From Candidatus Aenigmarchaeota archaeon LH_S7 (lineage in GTDB: Archaea; Aenigmatarchaeota; Aenigmatarchaeia; QMZS01), in contig JAGXOL010000003.1 in the NCBI GenBank assembly GCA_023659895.1, positions 1,549-65,548 of the forward strand: 64,000 nucleotides of DNA, read 5' to 3'. The stretch's first letter is position 1. Every line of letters begins with the position of its first letter. The notes under the pieces were generated by a model. That model did no database searches. It saw nothing but the letters and a program-made list of their open reading frames with translations, and was not told the DNA's origin. Below, in pieces: positions 37,642 through 46,182 of this stretch. The position numbers were made by a program, and so were the translations under genes.

Positions 37642-38754
37642 TCATACTTGTCTCTCAATCAAGTAATTAACAAATTCTTTTAATAATTCTTTTGAACCAT
37701 TCTCCATTAGAAGAGGTTCTGCTTCTTTCCATGATGCTTCAACTATCTCTCTTGCTTTCTTCCTTGCGTAATCCAATGAACCATACTTTTCTAAAATCTT
37801 GATTGCCTCAACAATTTCTTTTTCATTATTTTCCTCCTTATCCAGAATCTCAGCTAGTCTTTCTTTGTCTTTCTCATTAGCTTTTTGGGAAGTATAAATC
37901 ACCATCAATGTTCTCTTACCTTCTTTAATATCATTGCCAAAAGATTTCCCAAAATTATTTCTAGCTTCATCCTTTAAGTCAATATCTAAAATATCATCTT
38001 GAATCTGGAATGCCACACCTAAAGCTTCAGCTATCTTACCAACCTTACTTATTGTTTCATTATTAGCACTTGCGCAAATCGCAGCAATCTTCGCGCTCAT
38101 TCTTGCAAGGCATCCTGTTTTGTAAGCGCACATCTGCAAATATTCACTTTCATCAATCTCCTTTGCCTTACCTTTGTGCCAATAAATGTCTGTTCCTTGC
38201 CCCAAACTCAAATTAACCATTTCTTGAACATAAATGTCATAAATTTTGTTTATTTGTTTCTCAGAAAGTTTATCCCTGTTTTTCTGAATAGCTAGTAAAG
38301 GAAAGAAATAAATAAAATTACCTGCGTTAATTGCAACATCCTCCCCAAACAGTTTATGCAAAGTTGGCTTCCCTCTTCTCAATTCTCCTTCATCTTCAAT
38401 GTCATCAACCATTATTGTTCCATTATGAACAAGCTCAGGGATTATTAACAAATCCTTAGGGAATTTTTCTTTCTTACCTCCTAAAGCTTCATAAATCAAC
38501 AAAAACAGAACAGGTCTCCATCTCTTACCCCCTCTGTCAAGAAAATCCCAGATAGGGTTAATTAATGTATTTTGAGTACTTTCCAAACTGTATCTATATC
38601 TTGGCTTCCCAAAAATAAACTCCATCCATTCCTCGCTAACTTTCCTTGGTAAATATGTTTCAATTAAATAATTTATTTCATGTTTCTTACTTTCAAGGAA
38701 TTCAATAATCTTGCCCTCTTTTATTTTAATAGGAGTTTGATTGTTATTCTTCAT
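37642..38754 (-). CDS. idsA: Polyprenyl (geranylgeranyl) diphosphate synthase
   Basis: 370 aa. The first Asp-rich motif is MVDDIEDEGELRRGKPT and the second is FQIQDDILD. Confidence 0.8.
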   Translation of the reverse strand: MKNNNQTPIKIKEGKIIEFLESKKHEINYLIETYLPRKVSEEWMEFIFGKPRYRYSLESTQNTLINPIWDFLDRGGKRWRPVLFLLIYEALGGKKEKFPKDLLIIPELVHNGTIMVDDIEDEGELRRGKPTLHKLFGEDVAINAGNFIYFFPLLAIQKNRDKLSEKQINKIYDIYVQEMVNLSLGQGTDIYWHKGKAKEIDESEYLQMCAYKTGCLARMSAKIAAICASANNETISKVGKIAEALGVAFQIQDDILDIDLKDEARNNFGKSFGNDIKEGKRTLMVIYTSQKANEKDKERLAEILDKEENNEKEIVEAIKILEKYGSLDYARKKAREIVEASWKEAEPLLMENGSKELLKEFVNYLIERQV

Positions 38755-38780
38755 GTTATTAATAATAAAAAACTTATAAA

Positions 38781-40073
38781 TTAATCTATTTTTTGTCTCG
38801 TTGATTGTCTAATCACCTTTACAGCCTCTTTTAATGTCATCAATTTTTCCTCCTTTCTGTTCATGTTCTTCAATTTCACTTTTTTATCTTTAATTTCATC
38901 TCCTCCAATGATTATACAGAAAGGAATCTGGTTTTTGTTTGCGAATTCCAAATTTTTGCTTACACCTTTTCCCATCAAGTTGAAATCCACATTCAATTCT
39001 TTTCTTAGCTCTTTCAAGACAGGTAGGTAATCTTTTTCCTTGAGTCCAACAGAAATTAAGTAGATTTGTACATTGGATTTCTTTTTAGGCTTCATGATGG
39101 AAACAATTGCATCCACACCAAAACTTCCTCCAACGGAAGGTAGTTCCCTGTCAAGCAAGTTTTTGAATAAATTATCATATCTACCTCCTGCTCCTAAGGA
39201 AGAAGTTGTTTCTTTTTTCTTTGAGAAGACTTCATAAATTGTACCAGTGTAATAGTTGAGCCCTCTGGCTAGTGAAGGACTTATCTTAACTGTTTTTAAT
39301 TTATAATTTTCAATCAAACCTAAAAGTTCTTCCATTTCCTCTAAACCTTCCTTACCATTTTTTGTCTCAAGTTTATTTTTCAAATTTTCAAGAATTTCTT
39401 TGTTCTTGCCTTTAATATTCAATATCTGGAACAATTTTTTGATTTGCTCTTCTTTCAGACCTTTTTCCTTGAGTTCTTTTTTAATTCCTTTTTCACTAAT
39501 CTTTTCCAATTTGTCTATTGTCAAAATAACTGAATTTTGGTTCTTTTTTATCCCAGCATATTCTAACATACCTACAAGAATCTTCCTGTTATTAATGAAT
39601 ATCTCAGTATCTAAACCAAGTTTCTTAAAAACCTCTTCATAGATTGCTAAGATTTCCAAGTCAGCTAATTTTGATTCTGCTCCAATCACATCAAAATCTG
39701 CTTGAGTGAACTCTCTTAACCTGGATTTTTTCAAAGGGCCATCCCTAAAGATTTTTCCAATCTCATATTTTTTGAAAGGAAGTTTCAAGTTTTGGTTTTC
39801 TGAAAGAAAAGGTGCTAAGGTAACAGTTAGTTCATATCTCAATCCCAAATCCCTTTTACCCCTGTCCTTTAATCTATAACATTCATCTAGAATTTCCTCT
39901 CCACAAATGTATTTAGAAGCTAATAACTTGTAAAGTTGTAAAACAGGGGTTTCTATTGGGTTAAAACCGTATTTCTGAAGCACTTCTTTTATGGTTTCCA
40001 GAATTTTCTCTTTTAAGATTTGCTCCTTTGTACTATAATATTTAGTCCCTTTCAGAGTTTCCACAGTTCTCAT
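38781..40073 (-). CDS. hisS: Histidyl-tRNA synthetase
   Basis: 430 aa. Motif 2 is FRDGPLKKSRLREFTQADFDVIG, the HisA-like block is RGLNYYTGTIYEV, and motif 3 is GAGGRYDNL. Confidence 0.9.
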   Translation of the reverse strand: MRTVETLKGTKYYSTKEQILKEKILETIKEVLQKYGFNPIETPVLQLYKLLASKYICGEEILDECYRLKDRGKRDLGLRYELTVTLAPFLSENQNLKLPFKKYEIGKIFRDGPLKKSRLREFTQADFDVIGAESKLADLEILAIYEEVFKKLGLDTEIFINNRKILVGMLEYAGIKKNQNSVILTIDKLEKISEKGIKKELKEKGLKEEQIKKLFQILNIKGKNKEILENLKNKLETKNGKEGLEEMEELLGLIENYKLKTVKISPSLARGLNYYTGTIYEVFSKKKETTSSLGAGGRYDNLFKNLLDRELPSVGGSFGVDAIVSIMKPKKKSNVQIYLISVGLKEKDYLPVLKELRKELNVDFNLMGKGVSKNLEFANKNQIPFCIIIGGDEIKDKKVKLKNMNRKEEKLMTLKEAVKVIRQSTRQKID

Positions 40074-40443
40074 AATAAAAGTTGTTTTTCTAAAAGGTCT
40101 TGAAAATCATCAAAAGAATATCAGCTTAGCTATAATCATAGGATAAGTTTCCATAATATTTGTTTTCTTAATTGGTTTATTATCTTTTTCTTTCAAGATT
40201 CCATTCAAGCTTTTTATTTCACCCTTATCCACCATTGAATTTAGATAGTAATTAGCAATGTTCTCCTAATAATCAGAAACAACCACCTTTGGTTTTAATG
40301 TCTCCCTTTTTTCAGAAAGCATAGTTTTCCAATAAGTGACTCAGGGCATATGTTTTTGAGTGAACTAAACCACCTTTGATATTCTTCATTTAGACCACCA
40401 CAATTTCATAATCTCAAAAAGTGTTTAAATCAAAACCAGAAAA

Positions 40444-41619
40444 CTAAAACCACATACCTGCTTGGAAATCCCACTTGTATCTCTGTTCATCATCCTGTTT
40501 CTTGTCAGATAAAATAATTCTCTCCATCTTGTCCAAGAGAATTTGCATTACATCCAAGGCATTGAATCCTTCATAATTAGCATTGTAAGTTTTCCCTGGA
40601 GATATAACTCTCATCCTTATCAAGAATCTTATATTATCCCCTTCAGGATTTCCAATTGTCTTAAAGTGAATTATGATACGCCCTTTTCCTAGAACCTTTT
40701 CCAGTTTTTCCGCAAATCTCCTGACAAATTTATTTATTCTGCCTATTTCAAAATCATCAATCTTTTCAAAATCTCCTGCATATTGCAATCTAAAACCCTC
40801 TTCAGTTTTTCTATGAAATTCAACATAAGTTTCAAGTAAATCCTTTTTTGTAACAATTCCATGGATTTTCTCGTTGTCATCCAGGATTAAGACACCTGAA
40901 ATATCATGCTTTTTCATTAACTCAATTGCTCTCCTTGTCTTTGCTTGGACTTTTACTGAGATTATTGGATAGCTCATCAGTTCTTTTACAGGGATTGAAG
41001 TTGAATCTATTTTTTCACCTGCTCTTTCCCCTCTCTGCGATCTGTTTTTAGGAATCAAGAACTTAGTGACAATGTCATGCATCGCAATCATACCAGCTGG
41101 TTTTTCATTTTTGACCATTGTGGCTCTTGAGATGTTATTTTCCCTGAAAATTGCGAGGGCTTTTCCCACACTATCATCTTCATTTAGGTTCACAAGGTCA
41201 GTTGTTGCAAATTCAATCACATTCAAATTACCATATTCTTCCTCAACAACTTTTGTTAAGAGATCAATGTCTTTGACAACTCCAACAACATTTTCTTTTT
41301 TCTCATCAAAAACAGGCAATACTTGTAAGGAATTCTCCACCATCATTTTAGCAACTTCATTTAAAGGCATTCCATAAGGAATTTTTGGAGCATTTTTTAC
41401 CAAAGTCTTAATTTTTGCTTGTGTTGGATCCATCATGCTCCTGTAAATCCATCTTTCAGAGACAACCCCTTGGTAATTTTTATTCTTATCCACAACTATT
41501 ATTAGCTCTGGCTTCTCCTGGTTGAACACACCAATAGCTTCTGACAAGGTATTTTCTTTATCTAATATTGTAAACTTCTCAGTAGTAATTTCTCCAACCT
41601 CCCCGATTTTTGCGCTCAT
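40444..41619 (-). CDS. CBS-domain protein (two CBS pairs plus a C-terminal domain)
   Basis: 391 aa with repeated CBS-like segments (..LPVFDEKKENVVGVVKDIDL.., ..GVLILDDNEKIHGIVTKKDL..). Confidence 0.7.
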   Translation of the reverse strand: MSAKIGEVGEITTEKFTILDKENTLSEAIGVFNQEKPELIIVVDKNKNYQGVVSERWIYRSMMDPTQAKIKTLVKNAPKIPYGMPLNEVAKMMVENSLQVLPVFDEKKENVVGVVKDIDLLTKVVEEEYGNLNVIEFATTDLVNLNEDDSVGKALAIFRENNISRATMVKNEKPAGMIAMHDIVTKFLIPKNRSQRGERAGEKIDSTSIPVKELMSYPIISVKVQAKTRRAIELMKKHDISGVLILDDNEKIHGIVTKKDLLETYVEFHRKTEEGFRLQYAGDFEKIDDFEIGRINKFVRRFAEKLEKVLGKGRIIIHFKTIGNPEGDNIRFLIRMRVISPGKTYNANYEGFNALDVMQILLDKMERIILSDKKQDDEQRYKWDFQAGMWF

Positions 41620-41648
41620 AAACCTTTATAAATAGAAAATTAATTATT

Positions 41649-41825
41649 ATGGGAGACAGTTTAGTTGTACAATCAAAAGTTAGAGAAGCAGTAAAAGCTG
41701 CAGGAGCAAATATGTCAGGAGATTTCGCAGATGGACTATCTAGCAAAGTTCAAGATATGGTAGCTCAGGCTGTAAATAGAGCAAAGGCAAACGGAAGAAA
41801 GACAGTAAGAAACTACGACTTATAA
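41649..41825 (+). CDS. 58-aa histone-fold-like DUF1931 protein, missing from the ORF track
   Basis: Hand translation gives MGDSLVVQSKVREAVKAAGANMSGDFADGLSSKVQDMVAQAVNRAKANGRKTVRNYDL. This matches the remembered DUF1931 pattern (..VV.SKV.E....G.N.SGDF.D.L...V......A..RAKANGRKTV...DL). Confidence 0.5.
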   Translation: MGDSLVVQSKVREAVKAAGANMSGDFADGLSSKVQDMVAQAVNRAKANGRKTVRNYDL

Positions 41826-41917
41826 TTTCTTTTTTTCCTTTTTTAACTCTTTTTATTTAATAGTTAAACTTTAATCAAAAATAATATTTTATGCGGGGGT
41901 AGCCAAGTCTGGTCAAA

Positions 41918-41936
41918 AGAAAGGATTCCAGAAAAA
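41918..41936 (+). other. Candidate D-loop intron (~19 nt; boundaries ambiguous within A-runs)
   Basis: 32 nt lie between the D-stem halves GCC and GGC, versus about 13 expected. UCUGG (41908-12) is complementary to CCAGA (41928-32). Confidence 0.45.
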
Positions 41937-41951
41937 GGCGCGAGACTCAAG

Positions 41952-42035
41952 GGAACTTTTAAAAAAAGTTCCATCAAAAAAAGAAGGGAACCTTTTAGAA
42001 ACAAAGCAAGATAACTACGAAAATATTGGTGGGAA
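41952..42035 (+). other. Canonical-position (37/38) tRNA intron, 84 nt
   Basis: It follows CUCAAG. UGGG just before the 3' junction can pair with loop CUCA (a 4 bp central helix) next to an AAA bulge, which is BHB-like. Confidence 0.7.
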
Positions 42036-42068
42036 ATCTCGTCCCTCAGTGGGTTCGGCGGTTCAAAT

Positions 42069-42283
42069 GGAACTTTTAGAAAAAGTTCCATCAAAACAAG
42101 CTTTTAAAAAAAGCTTGAGCAAAAAATGGAACTTTTAAAAAAAGTTCCATCAAAAAAAGAAGGGAACTTTTAGAAACCTCGAAAAACTTTGTTTTCGGAC
42201 CCCATAAACCCAAGGTTTATGAGGAAGGTTTTATCCAAAAAAGAAAAAAAGGTCTTCACCCCAAAGAAAAACGATACGGAAAT
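42069..42283 (+). other. T-loop/T-stem intron, ~215 nt (junction can slide up to 4 nt because AAAT occurs at both boundaries)
   Basis: GGCGGTTCAAAT is separated from its partner CCGCC plus the 3' acceptor CCCCCGCA by 215 nt. It starts with the same hairpin as the 37/38 intron. Confidence 0.6.
42097..42198 (+). repeat. Copy 1 of a ~102 bp hairpin-rich module (inside the T-arm intron)
   Basis: CAAGCTTTTAAAAAAAGCTTGAGCAAAAAATGGAACTTTTAAAAAAAGTTCCATCAAAAAAAGAAGGGAACTTTTAGAAACCTCGAAAAACTTTGTTTTCGG. It is more than 90% identical to 42297-42398, exactly 200 bp downstream. Confidence 0.85.
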
Positions 42284-42296
42284 CCGCCCCCCCGCA

Positions 42297-42398
42297 CAAG
42301 CTTTTAAAAAAAGCTTGAGCAAAAAAGGAATTTTTAGAAAAAGTTCCATCAAAAAAAGAAGAGAACTTTTAGAAACCTCGAAAAACTTTGTTTTTCGT
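42297..42398 (+). repeat. Copy 2 of the ~102 bp hairpin-rich module (starts at the first base after the tRNA discriminator)
   Basis: See 42097-42198. It contains the palindromes AAGCTTTTAAAAAAAGCTT, GGAATTTTTAGAAAAAGTTCC and CGAAAAACTTTGTTTTTCG. Confidence 0.85.
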
Positions 42399-42425
42399 GC
42401 CCTTATAAATATTGATTGATATGTT

Positions 42426-42764
42426 ATGGCAAAAAAGAAGGAGAACATGGTAGACAGTCTTTCAAAATTTGTCTCATTCGTAGCTTTGGTATTAGCAGCA
42501 GGAGTATTACTTTTAATAGGTTATTCATTGTACATAACCACCAATGGTTCTTCTACTCCAACACAGGATTTTTGTGGCTGGTCAACTAATGGAGAATGTG
42601 TTTATGATTCAGATTGTATTGCAGGAGGATGCTCTATCCAGCTATGTCAATCAAAAGATGAAGCTCCAGCAGTTACAACTTGTGAATGGAGAGACTGCTA
42701 TGATGCAAGCAAATATGGATTAACCTGCGGATGTGTAGATGGCAAGTGCCAGTGGTCAAAATAA
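42426..42764 (+). CDS. Small secreted eight-Cys protein
   Basis: 112 aa with an N-terminal anchor FVSFVALVLAAGVLLLIGY, then C-x5-C-x5-C-x3-C-x4-C...C-x4-C..C-x-C-x4-C spacing. Confidence 0.55.
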   Translation: MAKKKENMVDSLSKFVSFVALVLAAGVLLLIGYSLYITTNGSSTPTQDFCGWSTNGECVYDSDCIAGGCSIQLCQSKDEAPAVTTCEWRDCYDASKYGLTCGCVDGKCQWSK

Positions 42765-42793
42765 AGAAAGTTATTAAACAAACTAATATATTT

Positions 42794-43594
42794 ATGTCAA
42801 GCTCCAAAAAAACGAATAGATATTTGATTTTTACTGATTTGGATGGCACTTTACTTAACAGAAACTACTCTTCCCAGGGTGCTTTATCTGTCTTAAAAAA
42901 ATTGAAAAAGAAAAAAATCCCTGTAGTTTTCTGCACAGCTAAAACCAAATCTGAGCAGGAACTAATCAGGAAAGAACTTGGAATAAATGACCCTTTCATT
43001 GTTGAGAATGGCTCCGCAATTTACATCCCTAAAAATTATTTTGGAGAAAGAAAAGGGAAGCTGAAAGGAAAATATGAAATAATTGTTTTGGGTGTTGAAT
43101 CCAAAAAGATAAAGGATGAAATAGACAAGTTAAAGAAGAAATACAAAATAAAAAGTTACCACAATATGAGTGCTAAGGAAGTTTCAAAAAAAACTGGTTT
43201 AACACTTGAAGCTGCGAAAAAAGCAAAGAGAAGAGAATTTGGAGAAACAATAATTGAGTCAGACAAAGCTGCCTTGAGGGAACTGAAAAAGAAATTTAAT
43301 GTTGTGATTGGAGGTCGTTTCATGCAGGTTTTTGGTGAAGGTACTGACAAGGGAAAGTCAGTAAAAATTTTGTCCAATTTATATAGAGAATCTAGTGATA
43401 TAATTACTATGGGGATTGGGAACTCTTTTAATGATAAACCTATGTTAAAAGCTGTTGACAAGGCAGCAATAGTTAGAAACCCTGATGGAAATTATACTAA
43501 TCTTGGTTTGAAGAATATATACAAGGCAAAAGGAATAGGTCCAAGAGGATGGAAGGAAGTTGTTGAGAAATTTGTGTTAAATAGAAAACCATGA
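42794..43594 (+). CDS. HAD-IIB phosphatase, mannosyl-3-phosphoglycerate phosphatase (MpgP/YedP) family
   Basis: YLIFTDLDGTLLN, IPVVFCTAKTKSEQELIRKELGINDPFIVENGSAIYIP and GNSFNDKPML match the MPGP-family pattern. The start was set at the ATG at 42794. Confidence 0.8.
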   Translation: MSSSKKTNRYLIFTDLDGTLLNRNYSSQGALSVLKKLKKKKIPVVFCTAKTKSEQELIRKELGINDPFIVENGSAIYIPKNYFGERKGKLKGKYEIIVLGVESKKIKDEIDKLKKKYKIKSYHNMSAKEVSKKTGLTLEAAKKAKRREFGETIIESDKAALRELKKKFNVVIGGRFMQVFGEGTDKGKSVKILSNLYRESSDIITMGIGNSFNDKPMLKAVDKAAIVRNPDGNYTNLGLKNIYKAKGIGPRGWKEVVEKFVLNRKP

Positions 43595-46182
43595 AAAAAA
43601 CTAAAAAAAAGAAGTTTGGAAAAACAAATAAGGAAAAAGAAAGAATTTACTTAGCACCTCACAGCCATTATGATGCAATCTGGGTTTTTACTAAAGAGGA
43701 TTATTTCCACATTAACATTGATTTAATCCTGAAGAAAGCTGTGAATTTACTTGAGAAACAAAAGGATTACCGTTTTTTGATAGAACAGACTTATTTGTTA
43801 AGTGTTGTTGAAAGGAGGTATCCTGAATTATTCAAGAAAATCAAGGAAAATGTTAGGGAGGGAAAAATAGAGATTTCAGGTGGGGAATATTTGATGGCTG
43901 ATACTATGCTACCACAAGGAGAAACATTAATAAGAGAAATCATGTTTGGAAAGAAATTTGTAAAAGATACGTTTGGGGTTGATGTCCCTGTAATGTGGCA
44001 GGCAGACAGTTTCGGTTTGAATGCGCAATTACCACAAATTTACAGGAAAACTGGTTACAAATATCTTGCCTTTAGGAGGGGTTGTCCTTCTAATAAACCC
44101 TCTGAATTTTTTTGGGAAGGGTTGGATGGAACAAAAATTCTTAGTCATTGGATGCCTTTAGGGTATAGGGCAGGTTTAAACCTAAAGAAATTAGATCAAA
44201 ACTACAAAAAACTGAGAAAACTTGCCGCAACTAGCAATATTTTTATGCCTTCTGGTAGCGGGGTGACAATGCCACAGGAAGATACAACCAAAGTGGTGAG
44301 AGATTGGAACAAGAATCATAATGAAAAAATGAAAGTTTCCACACCATTGGATTTTTTCAAGAAGTTAGAGAAGGGTACTAAGAATTTAGTTACTAAAAAA
44401 GGTGAGATGTATTCTGGGAAGTATTCTGAGGTCTTCCCTGATAGTTCTTCAAGCAGGATTTGGATTAAGAAAACTTTGAGAGAATATGAAAATAAATTGT
44501 TGAGTTTTGAGAAGTTCTCTACAATAAACTTCCTAGTGGATAGTTATTATCCTGAGGAATTAAGGGATTGCTGGAGAAAAGTTTTATTTCTTGCATTCCA
44601 TGATGTAGTTCCTGGAACAGCTATTGACACTGGTTATGAGGAAGTTAGACAACACATAGGGTTCTTGGATAATCAATTAAAACTTCTCATACCTCACATA
44701 CTTAGATCCATTGCAGAGAATGATTCAAATAATGAGGAAGAAGGTAATATTATTGTTTTCAACCCTCTTTCCTGGGAGGTTTCCAATTGGGTAGAGGTTG
44801 ATTTGAGTTTTGATAAAGGAGAAATTAAGAATATTGAAGGTCTGAAATCTGGTGAGGAGGAACTGGATGTGGAACTAATGAACTTTTCAAGATATGAAGA
44901 TGAATCAATAAGAACCGCGAGAATAGGTTTTGTACCAAATGTGCCTGCTGTAGGTTACAAAGTTTACAAGATATTGCAGAGAAAACCCAAAACTAAAGAG
45001 AAAACTCTGAAAATAAAAGGTAACAAGATTGAAAATCCTTTTTTTAAAGTTGGGTTTTCCCCTAGTGATGGACTCATAAATGTTTGGAAAGACAAGGACT
45101 TTATTTGTAAAGGTAACGAATTAGTTTTGGAGGAGGAAAAAGGAGACTTGTATTATCATAAAAACGAGCTTGATAAACCTCTAAAAACAGAAGGGGGAGA
45201 AGGTGTGAAATATGGTTTTTTCAAAATCAGGGATTTTTGGATTGACAAGTCAGACTTGAGAAGAGTCATAAACATAAAAACCGATTACTATTCTTTAAGA
45301 TGGCCTTACCGTTTGTTAGACAAGATGGAACCTATTCTTTGGAAACACAATTTCATAAGTTTTGACAAGAAAATCATAGTTTACAGGGATTTGCCAAGAA
45401 TAGACTTCATAACTACTGTGAGAAATCAGCACCCTAGAATCAGATTAAGAACCAGATTTAACACATGCCTCAAGAATTCAAATTACACTTGCGAAACACA
45501 ATTTGGAAGCGTGGAAAGAAAAACAGATGAATTCTATTTGAAACCAAAAAACTGGGTGGAAAAGCCAAATGGAATCTATCCTTCTTTGAGATGGATAGAT
45601 TATAGTGATAAGAAAGGTGGAATAACTCTTCTTAATGATGGAATACCTGAGAATGAAGTCAGGGATGGGAATGTTTACCTTACTTTGCTAAGGTCTGTTT
45701 CAATGCTTTCTTCTGATGGTAGTTGTGGTCCTGCTGTTCCTGTTTTAGATGCAAGAGAATTAAAAAATTTTGAATTCAGATATTCTTTGTATCCTCATGA
45801 AGGTGATTGGAAAAAAGCTAAATCTTACCAGCAAGGACATGAATTTAATAGAAATTTGATTGCCTTACAAACTACTAAAAAGAATAAATTTAAGAGAGAA
45901 AGATCTTTCTTCAAAATAGAACCAAACAATGTAATTCTAACTTCAGTAAAAAAAGCAAACAACACTAAAAAAGGGAAGGAGATTATTTTAAGATTCTATG
46001 AAGCTTCGGGTAAAAAAACAAAAACTTCTATAAGTTTGTTCAAGAAACCTAAAAACATGGAGGTTGTCAATTTGCTTGAAGAGAAGGACAGGGAGTTTGA
46101 TAAAAAATTGAAAGTGAAAGACAAAACTATTTATTTGGATCTAAAACCTTTTGAGATAGTTACCCTTAAAATTAAATTATGA
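43591..46182 (+). CDS. Glycoside hydrolase family 38 alpha-mannosidase-like enzyme
   Basis: 863 aa. The N-terminal YLAPHSHYDAIWVF (GH38 HSHxDxxW), GGEYLMADTMLPQGETLIRE, WQADSFG and AFHDVVPGTAIDT blocks are present. Confidence 0.85.
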   Translation: MKKTKKKKFGKTNKEKERIYLAPHSHYDAIWVFTKEDYFHINIDLILKKAVNLLEKQKDYRFLIEQTYLLSVVERRYPELFKKIKENVREGKIEISGGEYLMADTMLPQGETLIREIMFGKKFVKDTFGVDVPVMWQADSFGLNAQLPQIYRKTGYKYLAFRRGCPSNKPSEFFWEGLDGTKILSHWMPLGYRAGLNLKKLDQNYKKLRKLAATSNIFMPSGSGVTMPQEDTTKVVRDWNKNHNEKMKVSTPLDFFKKLEKGTKNLVTKKGEMYSGKYSEVFPDSSSSRIWIKKTLREYENKLLSFEKFSTINFLVDSYYPEELRDCWRKVLFLAFHDVVPGTAIDTGYEEVRQHIGFLDNQLKLLIPHILRSIAENDSNNEEEGNIIVFNPLSWEVSNWVEVDLSFDKGEIKNIEGLKSGEEELDVELMNFSRYEDESIRTARIGFVPNVPAVGYKVYKILQRKPKTKEKTLKIKGNKIENPFFKVGFSPSDGLINVWKDKDFICKGNELVLEEEKGDLYYHKNELDKPLKTEGGEGVKYGFFKIRDFWIDKSDLRRVINIKTDYYSLRWPYRLLDKMEPILWKHNFISFDKKIIVYRDLPRIDFITTVRNQHPRIRLRTRFNTCLKNSNYTCETQFGSVERKTDEFYLKPKNWVEKPNGIYPSLRWIDYSDKKGGITLLNDGIPENEVRDGNVYLTLLRSVSMLSSDGSCGPAVPVLDARELKNFEFRYSLYPHEGDWKKAKSYQQGHEFNRNLIALQTTKKNKFKRERSFFKIEPNNVILTSVKKANNTKKGKEIILRFYEASGKKTKTSISLFKKPKNMEVVNLLEEKDREFDKKLKVKDKTIYLDLKPFEIVTLKIKL

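Larger units (their letters stand above)
41893..42296 (+). tRNA. tRNA-Leu(CAA) with three intervening sequences (86 nt after removal)
   Basis: The exons are 41893-41917, 41937-41951, 42036-42068 and 42284-42296. They join to GCGGGGG UA GCC AAGUCUGGUCAAA GGC G CGAGA CUCAAGA UCUCG UCCCUCAGUGGGUUC GGCGG UUCAAAU CCGCC CCCCCGC A. The joined sequence has a perfect 7 bp acceptor stem, 5 bp anticodon and T stems, and a long Leu-type variable arm. Confidence 0.75.

Noticed and set aside
40074-40443. A 370 bp gap downstream of hisS and upstream of the CBS-domain gene (both minus strand); minus-strand fragments read like broken ORFs (..ENIANYYLNSMVDKGEIKSLNGILKEKD..)
   Set aside because: It could be a decayed gene, and an integrase N-terminal-like helix was considered. 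The similarity is too vague to support any call.
41952-42398. Whether the repeated 21 nt palindromes could be a small CRISPR array
   Set aside because: The spacing is irregular (117, 59 and 199 nt). The repeats are embedded in longer duplicated modules and in a tRNA gene, and no cas genes are in the window.
41864-42448. ORFs 41864-42094 (-), 42170-42448 (-) and 42189-42419 (+)
   Set aside because: They run through the tRNA-Leu exons and the palindromic hairpin repeats. The repeated peptide LFLMELFLKVP is simply the translated repeat. The tRNA/intron interpretation explains the sequence better.
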